Shown one piece after another: positions 12,588 to 24,955 of a stretch of DNA of 64,000 bases (position 1 is the first letter of the stretch; each line of letters opens with the position of its first letter). The DNA lies in assembly GCA_004431415.1 (NCBI GenBank), contig QPMI01000152.1, positions 214,351 to 278,350 on the forward strand. The letters are read 5' to 3'. The position numbers were made by a program, and so were the translations under genes. The notes under the pieces are model-generated. The model had not been told where the DNA came from. It did no database searches and saw only the letters and a list, made by a program, of their open reading frames with translations. The DNA comes from Cyanophora paradoxa CCMP329 (taxonomy: Eukaryota; Plantae; Glaucophyta).

Positions 12588-12592
12588 TGTAA
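12588..12592 (+). terminator. Putative TGTAA polyadenylation signal (DCAF13); the same motif follows several other genes
   Basis: TGTAA 30-150 nt after the stop codon at 7520, 12588, 34738 and 50406 (+) and 39428-39432 (-). Confidence 0.4.
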
Positions 12593-12745
12593 GCTGTACC
12601 CCGAAAAAACTCCGATCGGCTGTCGAGCGCTTAACTAGGCCGCAGCGAGCTAGAGCTTGACGTACAAACTCGAGCTATAGCGAGCTAGAACTCGAGATAG
12701 GCAGAAGAGGCGTGCCGTTCACGTTTCCTCCGGCGCCGTGGAGCA

Positions 12746-13885
12746 ATGGCGGCCGCCCCCAAGGATGACTTCGGTACGCGCTCAGGATTCAAACGGCGGC
12801 GATCTAACTCCGTCCTGGTGCAGGCGGCGGCTTTCCGGCACAGACGAAGAGTAGCGTCGTCGTGAAGGTCCGGCAAACGTTCAGACGCGTCCGACAGCCG
12901 CGCTAACTGAGTTGCTGCAGGTTGGCATGCTTGGAGACTCGCAAATAGGGTGCGCTCCCTTTCCTGCGCTTGGCAGTTGTGCTCTGACCTCTGACGAGCT
13001 GCCGCCTTCCGCAGGAAGACCTCGCTGATGGGTGCGGCGTGCGGCGTGACTGTGCATGCGCTTTCCTCGCTTCTTAATGAAGCCTGCGCTCGCAGTCAAG
13101 TACGTGGAGGGAACTTTTGACGAGGACTACATCCAAACACTTGGTCCGCTGGCGCACACGCGCTTTCCTCTTCACAGATCGCCCTAGCTAATCGTGGTTC
13201 AGGTGTAAACTTCATGGAGAAGACCATCACGATCCGCAACACAGAGATCACATTCAGCATCTGGGATCTGGGAGGTCCGTGAGACGGGTCGGGCTTCCGA
13301 CTGGTCGCCTGACAGCCTCTACTTCTTCGCAGGTCAGAAGGAGTTCGTGAACATGCTGCCTCTTGTTTGCAACGACGCGGTGGCCCTGCTGTTCATGTTT
13401 GACCTCTCGAGGAAAAGTACCTTGAACAGTATTAAGGAGTGGTACAGGCAAGCACGAGGGTTCAACAAGGTATCCAATTCACATCTAAAACTTCCTTTCT
13501 TTCCTTATAACTCGTTTTCAGACTGCCATCCCAGTCCTTGTTGGCACAAAATTCGACTTTTTCGCGAACTTCCCCTATGAGGAGCAAGAAGAGATTACAA
13601 AGCAGGTGCGTTGTCTGGTCGAGATTCTCAAGCCATTTTCCAAATCCTTACATGCACCAGGCAAGGCGATTTGCGAAAGCAATGAAGGCCCCACTCATTT
13701 TCTGCTCCACCTCCCACTCCATTAATGTACAGAAAATTTTCAAGATAGTCCTCAGCAAGGTCTTCGATCTGAAGTGCAACATCCCAAGAATAGAGAAGAT
13801 CGGAGAGCCCATACTGGAATGTGTGTATCTTTCCGCTCTTTTGCACTCGCCTTCTCCACTCACCTCACCAATGTGCGCAGATTGA
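12746..13885 (+). CDS. SPG1: Spg1/Tem1 small GTPase (septation initiation / mitotic exit network)
   Basis: Spliced: VVVKVGMLGDSQIGKTSLMVKYVEGTFDEDYIQTLGVNFMEKTI...[52 protein letters not shown]...FCSTSHSINVQKIFKIVLSKVFDL...GEPILEY*. Confidence 0.95.
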
Positions 13886-14353
13886 ATGTGACAGTAGGAG
13901 ACAGTGTATATTACTCATACTTGCTCACCATGTTGCAATCCCACACTTAATCGACACTGCGTTTAGCTTTAGCATCCCCAGATATCCTTGTGACCTGCGT
14001 GCGTGTTACACTGGTTTACAAGATGAGAATTCCTTTCAAAGTATACGGTTGAAGAAGCCATTTGGCAGGCGCGGTTGGCATCAGGCTTAGCTTTGAGCTT
14101 CATTTTGCAAGATCCCCCGGAGACAGCTTTGTGTGCATGCATATGTGCATGTGTCCAGAAGTTTCTTTGAAGCACCAGTACCTCTCTGAAATCATGCATG
14201 CTGGCACTCCAGAGGCAGCCGCAGTGGGAAAAGGAAAGGGCATTCGGATATTGAAAGAGACGTGTACAGCGCGTATCCTCCTGCCTTTCGAGTCGCGACC
14301 AGGGATGCTCGGGGGAATGAAGCGAACAGGAGCTACTAAGGGCAAGAAGCCGC

Positions 14354-15872
14354 TTAGTCGAAGAGGGAGAGACCCATGTCGGCTGGGCGCAGGGGTCAGA
14401 TCGAGCGCTTTGTTACGAGCAAGGAAAAAAGGCGCACTCTCCTCCTCCTCCTCCTCGACCTTCTTCTCCTCCTTGGCGGGGGCGGCGGCCTTGGCGGCGG
14501 CGGGGGCGGCGGCAGCGACGCGGGGGCCGGCCTTGAGCGCCTCCTTGACCTTCTCGACGCGGGGGAACGAGTACTCGGACTCGAGGGCGAGGCCGATGAC
14601 GTTCTTGTACGCGCGGATGATCGAGTGCGGGACCGAGGCCACGGTGAAGTAGCCGGTGGAGAGCGAGAGGGCCGCGACCGAGGCCAGGCCCTCGCCGATC
14701 TTCGCGCACAGGTCCTCGTCAGTGATGTCGAGGATCTCGGGCAGGAACATCGAGCCGCTGTCGTAGCTGCGCGCCCGGAGGGGTCACGGGGGCGAGCGGG
14801 GGGAGAGAGGCGCCGCGGGGGCGTACACGGCGAGAACGGTGAGGCCGTAGAAGAAGGGGTTGATGTTCAGCTTCTGGAGGAGGGTAGCCTCGGACTGGCC
14901 GACCTTGTCGCCCTTCTTGATCAGGTTCACGTTGTTCACGATTTCGACCTGACCCTTGTTAATCTTCGTGGCGATGTTGAGCGCCTGGAAGAAAGAGGTC
15001 TGAGACGGGTCCATGCCGGTCGGGCCAGCCGGGACGACGACATCGACGGGGGAGATGGCGCCGGCCTTGGCGGGGGCACCACGCTGCGCAACGGGCCGGT
15101 CAGTGCCTGGCGCCGGCGAGCAGCGAGCGCCAGCGACGGACCTTGTTGGAGAGAATGCGGTCACGAATGTCCTTCAGGTCCTTGTTGGTGAAGACGAAGC
15201 CGACGTTGCCCTTGACGTGGCCGAGCAGCTTCTCAAGATCAGGGTTCTTGCTAAGCTGTGCCTTGATGACCTTGCGGATCATAGTCTGCACAAATGGCGA
15301 TCGTCGTCAGCTTGGGAGCGCGCAAAGCTCGCAAGACGAGCGCGCGCGATCAGCGCACGTTCTTGCCCATCAGCACGACGGCGTCGCCACGGAGCGACAA
15401 CCGGGTCTTCTGCATCTGGTTGGAGCCGACATTGTCTGCGTGCACAATGAAGACTTTGCTGTACTCTTCCAACAGCCTGTCGAGCCGTGCAAAGTACTCC
15501 TGCTTCTTAACTGCGGGCGAGCGGAACGGCGTGTCAGGAACGGATGCGGTCGCGAGCGATGATTCAGAGAGGCTCGAGCTAGTGTCTAAATGCTGCGTGC
15601 TGCGCCAGAAGGCGGGCGGTGGCTGTGCTTTGCATGTGCCGCGATTCTTCCGCGCCGCCGCGAGCGCTCTGCGCTGGTCGCGCGCCGGCTACCCGCTGCT
15701 GCTCATGCATGTGCTGGAGCATCTTCCGACGGGCGCGCAGCCGCCCCGGGGCCTCACTAAGAGAAAGATCGAAATCAGCTCCCAGACGCACCGAGCTTCG
15801 CTCCCTGCGGCTATTTTGCGATCGAAAGCCGTCAGCGAGCATCGAGAGCTGCCAGGGATGGGAGCAAACCAT
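14354..15872 (-). CDS. RPLP0: 60S acidic ribosomal protein P0 (uL10)
   Basis: M|PQGAKL|VKKQEYF...[10 protein letters not shown]...VLMGKNTMIRK...KGNVGFVFT...[22 protein letters not shown]...[13 protein letters not shown]. Confidence 0.97.
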
Positions 15873-16078
15873 CTTTGTGTGGTCTGTGTGGAATCCCCTA
15901 GTCGCGATCGACGTGTGCGGTACCCTCCCTCCCGCTCGAACTGCCTCGCAGCCTAGAATCGCAGGCTCGCAGCTTGCCACAGTCGCAGCTTCCTCGCTCG
16001 TGATCCGGCGCGCGCAAGCGTCTCGGGGCGGCGCTGCTGTACCAGCGCTAGATCGGCGCAGCCTGCCTCGGCAGCGCG

Positions 16079-19000
16079 ATGCGAAAGGGTTTCTTCAACG
16101 CGAAGCCGCGATCCGAAGCGCCGCGGCCGGCGTCGGCCTCCGCAGCGTCGCCGGCCGCGGCGCCGGCAGCGCCGGCGCCGGAGGTCGACGAACCGCCCGT
16201 CGAGCTCAGCACCCTCGGCGAGATCGAGGATGGCAAGGACTACATATTGCAACTGCCGGACGAGCTTCTCACGTCCCTCCTGGCTCGGCTCGACTTTCAG
16301 TCGCGCACCACGATCCGCGCCGTCTGCAAGCGCATGTTCAAGTACGCCTTGTCCTTTGCGCGCGCCCTCCCTCATCCGATTGACCGCGCGGCAGCCTCGT
16401 GATGGAGGCCGGCGTCTGGGCGGTGATCGCATCGACGAACAAGAGGAGCTGGAGGGCGGCGCTGTTTGGGGGGCCCGACGACGGGCCCTCCGAGCTGCTC
16501 ACGCACGCCGAGTCGTCCGTCAACGCGCTCCTCGCGCGGCGCTTCCACATGCTCTGCCACGGCGGCCGTATCCTGCAGGCGCGCGCCGAGCCGGCGAGGA
16601 ACCGCTGGGGCTCCCGCCTCCGCCGCCTCGAGGTGATGGAGAGCATCGAGGCGCACATGGAGGCCTCCCAGGAGGGGCGCGCCCCGCCCCAGTCCACGCC
16701 CATGGGCGTGCGCTCCGCCACGGCCGCCATCCTCCTGCACGCCCTCGCGCGGCGCCGCGCGCCGCTGCGGGCGCTCGCCCTCGAGTGCCGCGTGACCAAG
16801 GAGTGCCGCGCGCACTTCGCCGCCCACCCCTCCGTCGCCGACGCCGTCGCCGGGCTCGCCCCCGTGCGCCCGCGCCCTGTACCCCCGCCTCCCCGAGCCC
16901 CGCTCGGCCCGACGCGTACCGCAGGGGCTGCGCAACCTCCAGGTGGGTGACGGCAACGTGGGCGGACCCGTCGCCGCGCGCCTCTTCGGCACCGCCGAGG
17001 CCCGCGCGTGCGTACCCCCCGCCGCTTAGGCCCCTCCGCATCCGACCGGGCGCGGGGCGGCGCGCGCAGGACGGGCTTCCCTGCGCTGCGGGGCCTGGCG
17101 CTCTCGATCAACTGCCGGCCCCCGAGCACGATCCTCGAGGGCATCCTCGCCCGCTGCGGCAACCTCCGCCGGTGCGCACCCGCCCCGCGCTTCGCGGCGC
17201 CCCTCTCGCGTCTCACGAAGCCCCCGCAGGCTGGCGCTGGACGCGCGGGCGTCGTACACGAGGCAGGCGGAGGGGGCGGAGGCGGAGGCGCTGCTCAGCG
17301 GGGCGGGGGCGGCGGGGCTGCTGCGGGGCCTCCCCGGGCTGGAGTCCCTCGCCCTGGCCGCCCCGCGCCCCGTGGACGCCGAGGCCCTCTCCGCCCTCCT
17401 CGGCGGCGCCGCCGTCCTCCTCGGCGACGGCACCTCCGCCCCGGCCGGCTGCAGCCCGCCGCGGGGCCCCCGCTGGCTCTGCCTCCGCTGGGAGACGGCC
17501 GACGGGCGGCTGCCCCCGGCGAAGACGCCGGCGCCGGTGCGCTCCGTGGAGGGCTCCCCGACCGTGGAGCGCCTGCGGCTCGCCTGGCAGCGCCCCGAGG
17601 CCACCAAGCCCTTCGACGAGCCGCCCAAGGCGGGCCCCCGCCCTTCCCCTTCTGCTCTCGCCCTCCTCCGCGCTGACGTCCCCCGCAGGAGGTCTCGGTG
17701 CGGGGGTGCCCGCGGCTGCGCGGCCTCGCCCTCGTCGAGTGGACCAACACCGGCTTCCGCGGGCCCCGCCCCTGGTGCGCCCGTAGCCCCCCCGGCCGCG
17801 CCCCCTCGCCCCCGTTCCGACCGGCCGCAGGGGCGCGTCGACGGTGATGCGGCGGGGCGCGCGCATGCGCATCATGAACCCCCGCGTCTTCTACGCCGGC
17901 CGCCGGCCCCGCGCCCCCGACCGCAGGCGCCCCCTTCCTTCGTTCCCCACTTTGTTCCCTCCCCCTGCTTACCGGAAAGGCAGCGAGGAGCGGGTGCAGG
18001 CCCACCGGGCGGGGTCGGGCGCCCCCGGGGACCGGGACCCCTCGGACGACCTCTCGGACGGCGACTCGGAGGTCGAGGACTGCCTCGAAGAGGTGCGGGG
18101 TACTTTGTATCGTGCGCGCGGGGTACGCGGTTGCGCGGACGGCCTTCGCTCGCAGGACGAGGTGTTCGAGCTGGAGTACATGCGGGAGGGGTGGGACATC
18201 TACCTGCCCCCGCCCCACGTCCGCCCCGACGTCCGCGACTGCCCAAACCTCCGCGGCTTCTACACCTTCTCCGTCGTCCACGTACCCCCCGAGTGCCTGA
18301 AGTCCTTCGCGCCGGGTACCCCAATCAATCGCGCCGGTACCGCGAGCCCGCGCCGACCTTCCGGGCGCAGGCCTGAGCATCTCGCGGCTCTGCCCCACCG
18401 ACGCTGCGCTCGACGATCTCTTCTCCTCGAACATGCGTCACCTCCACATCACGGTACCCATGTCACCGAAGCTTGTACCCCTTTTAAACCTGATCGCGCG
18501 CCTCGGCAGATCCCTGGGTACGGCCTTAAAGCCAACCAGCTTCGCTGGCTTGCGGCATGCACGGGCCTTGAGACCCTCTGCCTGCGGTACGCACCCCAAC
18601 CCCGCTCCGACCCGCCCGCCGTCCCCTCGCGACGCCTCCCACCGCAGGGTGAACCCGGACGGGGGCGACGCGCGGCTGGCGTTGACGCTGCCGAGCGTCC
18701 GCTCGCTCCGCCTCTTCTGCGACGAAGTTCCGTTCGCCGTCGCCTCGTGCGCATGCCCGCCCCGCCCCCGTACCCCCCGCCTCTCGGCTCCTCCCCCGCC
18801 CACGCCCACCCGGCGCCAGAGGCCTCCGCCTCGCTGGCAAGCCTTTCGCCGTCCTCGAGGTGGGCTCCTACCCGCCCCCACCGGCCTCACCTTGCAGGGC
18901 CCTCATGCGCCGCGGCAGGTGGAGGCGCCGCGGATGGAGGAGCTGGTGCTGGGGCCCTGGGGCGCCCTCGGGCCCCTCCGCTTCTCCGCCCCGCGCCTCA

Positions 19001-20298
19001 AGGCCCGCCCCGCCGGCCGGCCCTGCCCACACCCGCCGCCTCCTGACGCGGCTCCGCCGTTCCCCCGCAGAGCGCGCGGCTGCTGTACAGCGCGCGGCTG
19101 CTGACGGAGGCCTTCCTGGAGGGCTTCCTGCGCGCCTGCCCCGCCCTCGAGGAGCTCGAGCTCGTCGGCGGCCTCGTGCGCCCCCCGCCCCGGCCCCGGC
19201 CTCTCCCGGCTCGGCCCGGCCCGGCCCCGCTCAGCTTCGGCGCAGCCGTCCAAGGACGACCGGCTGACGTCGCTGCGCATCGTTGCCCCGCGCCTGCGCT
19301 CCCTCACGTGCGCCTCCGCCCCGCCGCCCCGCCGCCGCCCCCGCCGACCGGGCTGCGCCGGCAGCTGCCTGCGCCTCAACGAGGTGTCCTCCGTTTCCAT
19401 CGCCGCCCCGCTCCTCCGCGAGGCCACCTTCGGCCACGTGCGCCCCGCCCCGCCCCGCCCCGCCTGGCGCCCGCCCGGGCCGCCTGCGAGGCGCCTCAGA
19501 TGGATCCAATGGACTCGGACCTGATCGCCGCGCTCGTCGCGAACCGCGGGCCCGGCGGCACCCCGCCCCGCCTCCAGCGCCTCACAGTTCGACCCCGCCC
19601 CGCGTCGCGGCGACTTCGGCCGCCCCTGAGGTCTAGGGCCGGGCAGGTGGCGGAGCTGCCGCGGCTCCGGAGCATGGACCTCACCGCCTTCCCCTACCTC
19701 GAGGCAAGCGTACCCCGGGCCCTTCCCCCCCACCCCTCGACCCCCGCCTCTTCTCATACTTTCTCCCGCCCGAAGGCTGTCGAGGCGGAGGGCTGCGACT
19801 ACCTCTCTGCGATGCGCGCCCGCAGCAGCCGCCTCCGGTCCATGCGGTGCGCCGTCGAGCTGCTCCCCTGGACGCTCTCCGCGCCGGCGGGCCGACGCGC
19901 GTGCGCAGCGCCGTCGCCTGCGCGCGGATGAGCGAGGACCGCCTCAGCGCCGGGCCCCTCGCCCCCCGCTGGTGCTCGCGATCGCCCCGGCCCCCAATCT
20001 CGATCGGTCTCGGACGCGAGCCGACACACACCGCTGCGGACGGCGGCGGCGCAGGTGCGCGGGGTACGTGGAGCAGGAGGGCAAGTTGGGGGAGGTCTTC
20101 TTCTGGGACGGCTCCCGCTTCGCCCCCAACGAGGTCGAGCGGCGCCGGCCGCCCGGGGCGGCGGCCGACGACGAAGGCGGGAGCGACGATGAGGATGACG
20201 AGGAGGACGCGGAGGAGGACGAGGACGAGGAGGAGGCGGACGAGGGGGAGATCTCGCAGGCGTCGGACGACATCTCCGAGGGCGAGGGCGGGCGCTAG
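16079..20298 (+). CDS. F-box / leucine-rich-repeat protein with an acidic C-terminal tail
   Basis: F-box ILQLPDELLTSLLARLDFQSRTTIRAVCKRMF; LRR-like segments (CPNLRGF, CTGLETLCL, CPALEELEL, LPRLRSMDL); many introns, internal structure approximate. Confidence 0.75.
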
Positions 20299-20857
20299 CG
20301 CTAGCCCCACCCGGAGCCGGCCGGGCGCCCGGGTTACACGCGCCCGTAATGTACTATAGGGAGTAGGCCTAGGGCGTGGAGCGCAGAAACTAGCGCTCGC
20401 GGCAATTACGCGCGCGTCGAGAGGCGGGTCAGGCGGCCCGGCCTCAGGAGAGGCCTAGCGTGAGACCGCCGGGCCGGGGGGTGCCCGCGGCCAGAGGGGG
20501 TGAGGGGGGATACACAATATTCGGCCGCTGGTCGGCTCTGCGCGAGTCTCTAAGCCAGCGACAAGCTTTAAAGCGTTTTGGAAGCGTAGAGAACATTCCA
20601 CAGACCCCAATCTGCTAGCCGCGCCGCATCTTGGACGCCCAGCTTAGGTTTCCACATGTGCGACCCGGCGAGCCTGGAAGCAGGCAGATTATCCCTTGCA
20701 TTGCCGCATCTAGCAGCAAGGCGGGCTTAGGGAAGTCGGGGCGGCCTCGGCCAGCGGGCGGGCTCTGGTCCAAGATAGTGCGGGCCGGCCAGTTCTGCAA
20801 AACCGGCAGCCGGGCTCAATTCCGAGCTTCTGAAGCTAAGCTATACGGTTCTAGCCG

Positions 20858-21082
20858 ATGGAGGGCGGCGAGACGGGCGCCGCGCCGCGACCAGCGATGC
20901 CCCCGGCGAACAGGGCGAGCTTCGCCTTCTCGCTGGGGAGCTCGAGCCTTCGGAGCAGCTCGAAGCGGGCGGGCGTGCAGATACAGGACGACGCCAGCTC
21001 GGCCTCGGGCTCGCGGATGGCGTCCGCCGTCCTCGGCGAGCCAGGCGAGGGGATGGCCTCCATGGCGTCGCTGGCCCTCGCC

Positions 21083-21117
<35 letters not shown>

Positions 21118-22557
21118 GGTCAGGGCGCCCTCCTCGGTCAACTTCGACTCGCAGCCGAGCGACAGCGCGCGCGCCTCGACCCGCGCGGCGGACGCCGAGG
21201 CATCCGCTCGGAGCCCGGCCCTGGTAGCGCCGCTGAACCTTGCGGCGGCGGCGGATACGTCCTCGCAGCAGGAGACCTCCCGCACCGCCCGCTCGACCTT
21301 CCGCCGCAACAGATCCATGCGCCGCAGGTGCCTCTCATCGCCCCGCGCGCGCGGCCCCGCCCGCCTGACGCCGCGGGGCAGCTTCCGGGCGGACGGGACG
21401 CTGGTGGACGAGGAGGGGAACGTGCTGATCGACCGGACGCGGATCCCGGCGCTGCGGAAGTGGATGGCGGACTGCGGCCTCTTCAAGGACCTCGACCCCG
21501 GCACCCGCGACGAGGTCCTCCTCCGCTCCTTCCTGGTCTGGGCCCCGCCCCGCCCCGCCCCGCGCCCCCGGCACACGCGCTGAGGCTCGAACCCCCTGTC
21601 AGCTGAAGTACGAGCTGGGGCGCATCGTCTTCATGCAGAACGACCCGGGCGACCGGTGCGCCCCGCTCGCCCCGCGCGCGGGGGCACGCGGGGGGCCCAG
21701 CTGAGGGCCGGCGTCGCCCCCGCAGGATGTTCGTGATCATCAGCGGGTCGGTGTACATCTGCAAGCGGCGGGAGCAGTCGGCGGAGGCGGCGCTGGGGGC
21801 GCACCTCCTCAAGGCGGACGAGAAGCGGGACCCGCTCGCGGAGCGCATCCTCCCCGAGGGCCACGAGATCCTCGCCCGCCTCGCCCCCGGCGAGATGTTC
21901 GGCGAGGTCCGCTGGATTATGAGAGATCCAGATCGCTTCGTTACGAAACTGCCAAAGCTCTTCTGCGCGCCCCGCTGACGGCGCGGCGGGGCGCGCAGAG
22001 CGCGCTGCTGCACGGGAAGCCCCGCAGCGCCACCGTCATCTGCGCCGAGGAGTGTGAGCCCCGCCTCGCCCCCCGCCTTTCCCTCCTCCTTCCCCTTTCT
22101 TAGCGGCCGGCCGGGGCAGGCGAGTTCCTGGTGGTGACGCGGCGGACGTACGACTCGGTGCTCAAGCAGGAGCTGATGGCGGCCCGCCAGGAGAAGCTCA
22201 CGCACCTCCAGGCCTGCCCTCTCTTCGCCGCCTGGTCCCGGGTAGCCCCAGACCACCCCAAGCCGCCCTCGCGTCCCGGGGCTGAAGGCGAGGCCCCGAC
22301 AGGACGCGCTGGAGAAGCTGCTGCCGTTCATGTGGACGGCGACGTACGTGAAGGGGCACGCGATCCTCGAGGAGGGGCGCCCCACCGACGTCGCCCACAT
22401 CCTCCAGGTCCCACCGCCCCGTTCCCAGCCCGCTGCCGAGCGCCGACGCGGCCCGCTCGGGGGGGCGCGCAGGAGGGCCACTGCGAGATGTCCTTCCGCG
22501 TGCCCCTCCGCGGCGAGAGCTACGCCGACCCCCGCGTCCGCCCCCTTGCCCTTCCCT

Positions 22558-22588
<31 letters not shown>

Positions 22589-24045
22589 TTTTCTCTCTGA
22601 CGAAAGGGCGGCAGACGGGGCGGAGGAAGACGCGGCAGGCGTTCCGCTCGATGCCCTTCGCCATCCTCGCCGCCGGCGACGCGCGCCCGCCTTCCTGCCC
22701 CCTCCGCCCTCCGCCCCGGCGCCCGCCTGACGCGCCCGCGGCGCAGTGGGTGGGGGACGTGGAGGCGATGACGGGCGCCGTGCCGACGGCAACCTGCGCC
22801 GTCACCTCCGCCCGCGCCACCCTCCTCGTCGTCCGCCCCCTCCCGTACCCCCCCTCGGCTCCTCCCGGGCCTAAGCGCGTCGGGCGCAGACGAACGCGGT
22901 GGACTTCCGGCGGATCGTGCAGCGGAACAGCGACACGCGGGCGATGGTGGAGCGCGTCTCGGGCCAGCGGCGCCTCCTCCGGCAGGCCGCCTTCGAGCGC
23001 ATCGTCCGCCCCCGCCACCGACCCGACGCGACGCAAGCTGCGCCCCTCTCACGCCCCGGGCGGCGCAGGCGTCGCTGGACCGGAGCGTGCCGGTGCTGAT
23101 GACGGCGCCCCCGCAGCTCCCCATGGGGGCCCTCCCCGAGGACTCCACCGCCGAGCCCCTCCTCGGCTCCCGCTTCCAGCGCGGCGGCACCGCCCCGGGC
23201 ACCGCCCCCGCCGCGCCCTTCCCCGGCCAGGCGCCCCGCCTGCGCACCTCCTCCTCGGCGCCGGCGCTGCAGTCCCCCGCGGCGGCGGCGCGCGCCACGC
23301 TGCGCTCCATCGTCGACTCCCTCCACCCCGCCGACTACAGCCGCCCCAGCCACCTCCCGCCCCGGGGCCCCCGCGGCCCCGCCACGCCTTCGCCGTGCTC
23401 GCGCCCGACGCCGAGGGCTCCGCGGGCGAGGAGGGCCCGCGGAAGGCGCGGAGGCGGGGCGAGCTGGCGGCGGCGGCGGCGGCGCTGGCGGCGCGGGACG
23501 TGGCGCGGGGCGCCTTCGAGCGGAGCAACGCGGACCGCTCGCTGCTGCGCTCCCTGCGGCCCTTCCAGAACAGCAGCGAGCGGGCAACGGTGAAGGCGGC
23601 GCTGCTCGAGGGCGACGGCGGGGCGGGGCGGCGGCGGGCGCCCTTCGTGCGGCCCAACGGGGACTACTGGGGCGCGACCTTCGCGCGGCACGCCAAGTTC
23701 TCCGACGACCTCCCCAACGTGCCCCTCCGCTCCGCCGACTCCCGCGCCCACGGCCACGGCCACGGCCACGGCCACGGGCACCGGCGGGGGACGGGAGCCG
23801 GGGCGGGGGCGGGGGCGCTGGGGCGGAGCACGGTGGTGGCGGAGCACGGGGCCTACCTGGTGCTGCGGGAGGGCCGGGAGGCGCGGGAGCCCTGGGAGGA
23901 GGACTCCGACGACGACTTCGACCCCTCCGCCATCCACCACAGCCCCCTCAGCCTCGCCCGGCCCCTCCGCCCCGCCGTCCGCGACTCCCCCGCCGCCGCC
24001 GCCCGCAGGAGGGCCCGCCGCGCCAGCCTCGCCTCCGCCTTCTAG
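20858..24045 (+). CDS. Tandem cyclic-nucleotide-binding domain protein (CNBD2-like)
   Basis: IVFMQNDPGDR|MFVIISGSV...LAPGEMFGE|SALLHGKPRSATVIC; second, more degenerate domain YVKGHAILEEGRPTD; low-complexity tail with (GH)n. Confidence 0.8.
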
Positions 24046-24308
24046 TCTTAGGCGACCTAGTAGTCTAGTAGTCTAGTGCTCCGTAGCTAGCAGGTGATAG
24101 TGCACCCGAGCGTAAGCTATTGGATCCCCCGGCAACGCGCCCCAGCGCGAACCGCACGAAGCGGCACGTGCTTGCGCGGCGCGTGTTAGCTGCGCGGGCG
24201 CAGCTGCAGCCGCTGGGCTGCGGTCGGGCGCCGCTCGATCTGCAAAGCGGAATGCAATTGAAACTACGCGCGGACACTGTCGATGAAAGCTAGGGGCGCT
24301 GCAGCTGC

Positions 24309-24847
24309 CTACTTCTTCTCCTCCGGCTTCGCCGGCGCCTCGGCCTTCTTCTCCTCGGCCTTCGGCTTCTCCTCCTCCTCGTCCGCGCGGTTCAGCTCCG
24401 TCTCGAACTCCTTCGACGCCGACTTGAAGCTCTTGAGCGCCTTGCCGACGCTCCGGCCCAGCTCCGGCGCCTTGGACGGCCCGAAAATCAGCAGACCGAC
24501 GCCCACGATGACTGCGAGCTCGCCCGCGCCGAGCCCGAACAGGCCGCTAGTGATCGTCTCTGCGGCCGGCGCTCCAGGTGAGAGACGCCGGGAGGCGCGG
24601 CGCGCACGGGAATCGGACCGGTGCTCGACGAGGCGAAGACCGGGGCCGGCTCCGCCGCGCGGCGGACGCCGAAGAAGCCCGCGGAGACGCTCTCGGTGTT
24701 GCCGATGAACTGGCGCTTCGATAGGCGCTCGCTGGCAGCCGCGCGTGGCGCAGCCCGGACTGGGGTCGCGGAGCTGCTGGCGAACGAGGCGGGGCTGCTG
24801 CGGATGGACGCCGAGGACGGGACGGGGGTGAGGAAGGCCGACGACAT
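24309..24847 (-). CDS. tatA: Plastid twin-arginine translocase subunit TatA/Tha4 with a transit peptide
   Basis: MSSAFLTP... Ser/Ala/Arg-rich presequence; one intron; LFGLGAGELAVIVGVGLLIFGPSKAPELGRSVGKALKSFKSASKEF. Confidence 0.92.
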
Positions 24848-24955
24848 GGCGAGGAGCAGAGGACAGAGATGATCGACCTAGTGGGTTGATCTAGACCTAG
24901 GGTACGCTATTGGACCAGTTTGCCACAACTTCTGTTCGCCAGCGCCGATACTGAG

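Noticed and set aside
22559-22588. Poly-C tract (and poly-G at ~29160-29177)
   Set aside because: Intronic homopolymers of unreliable length with no evidence of function.
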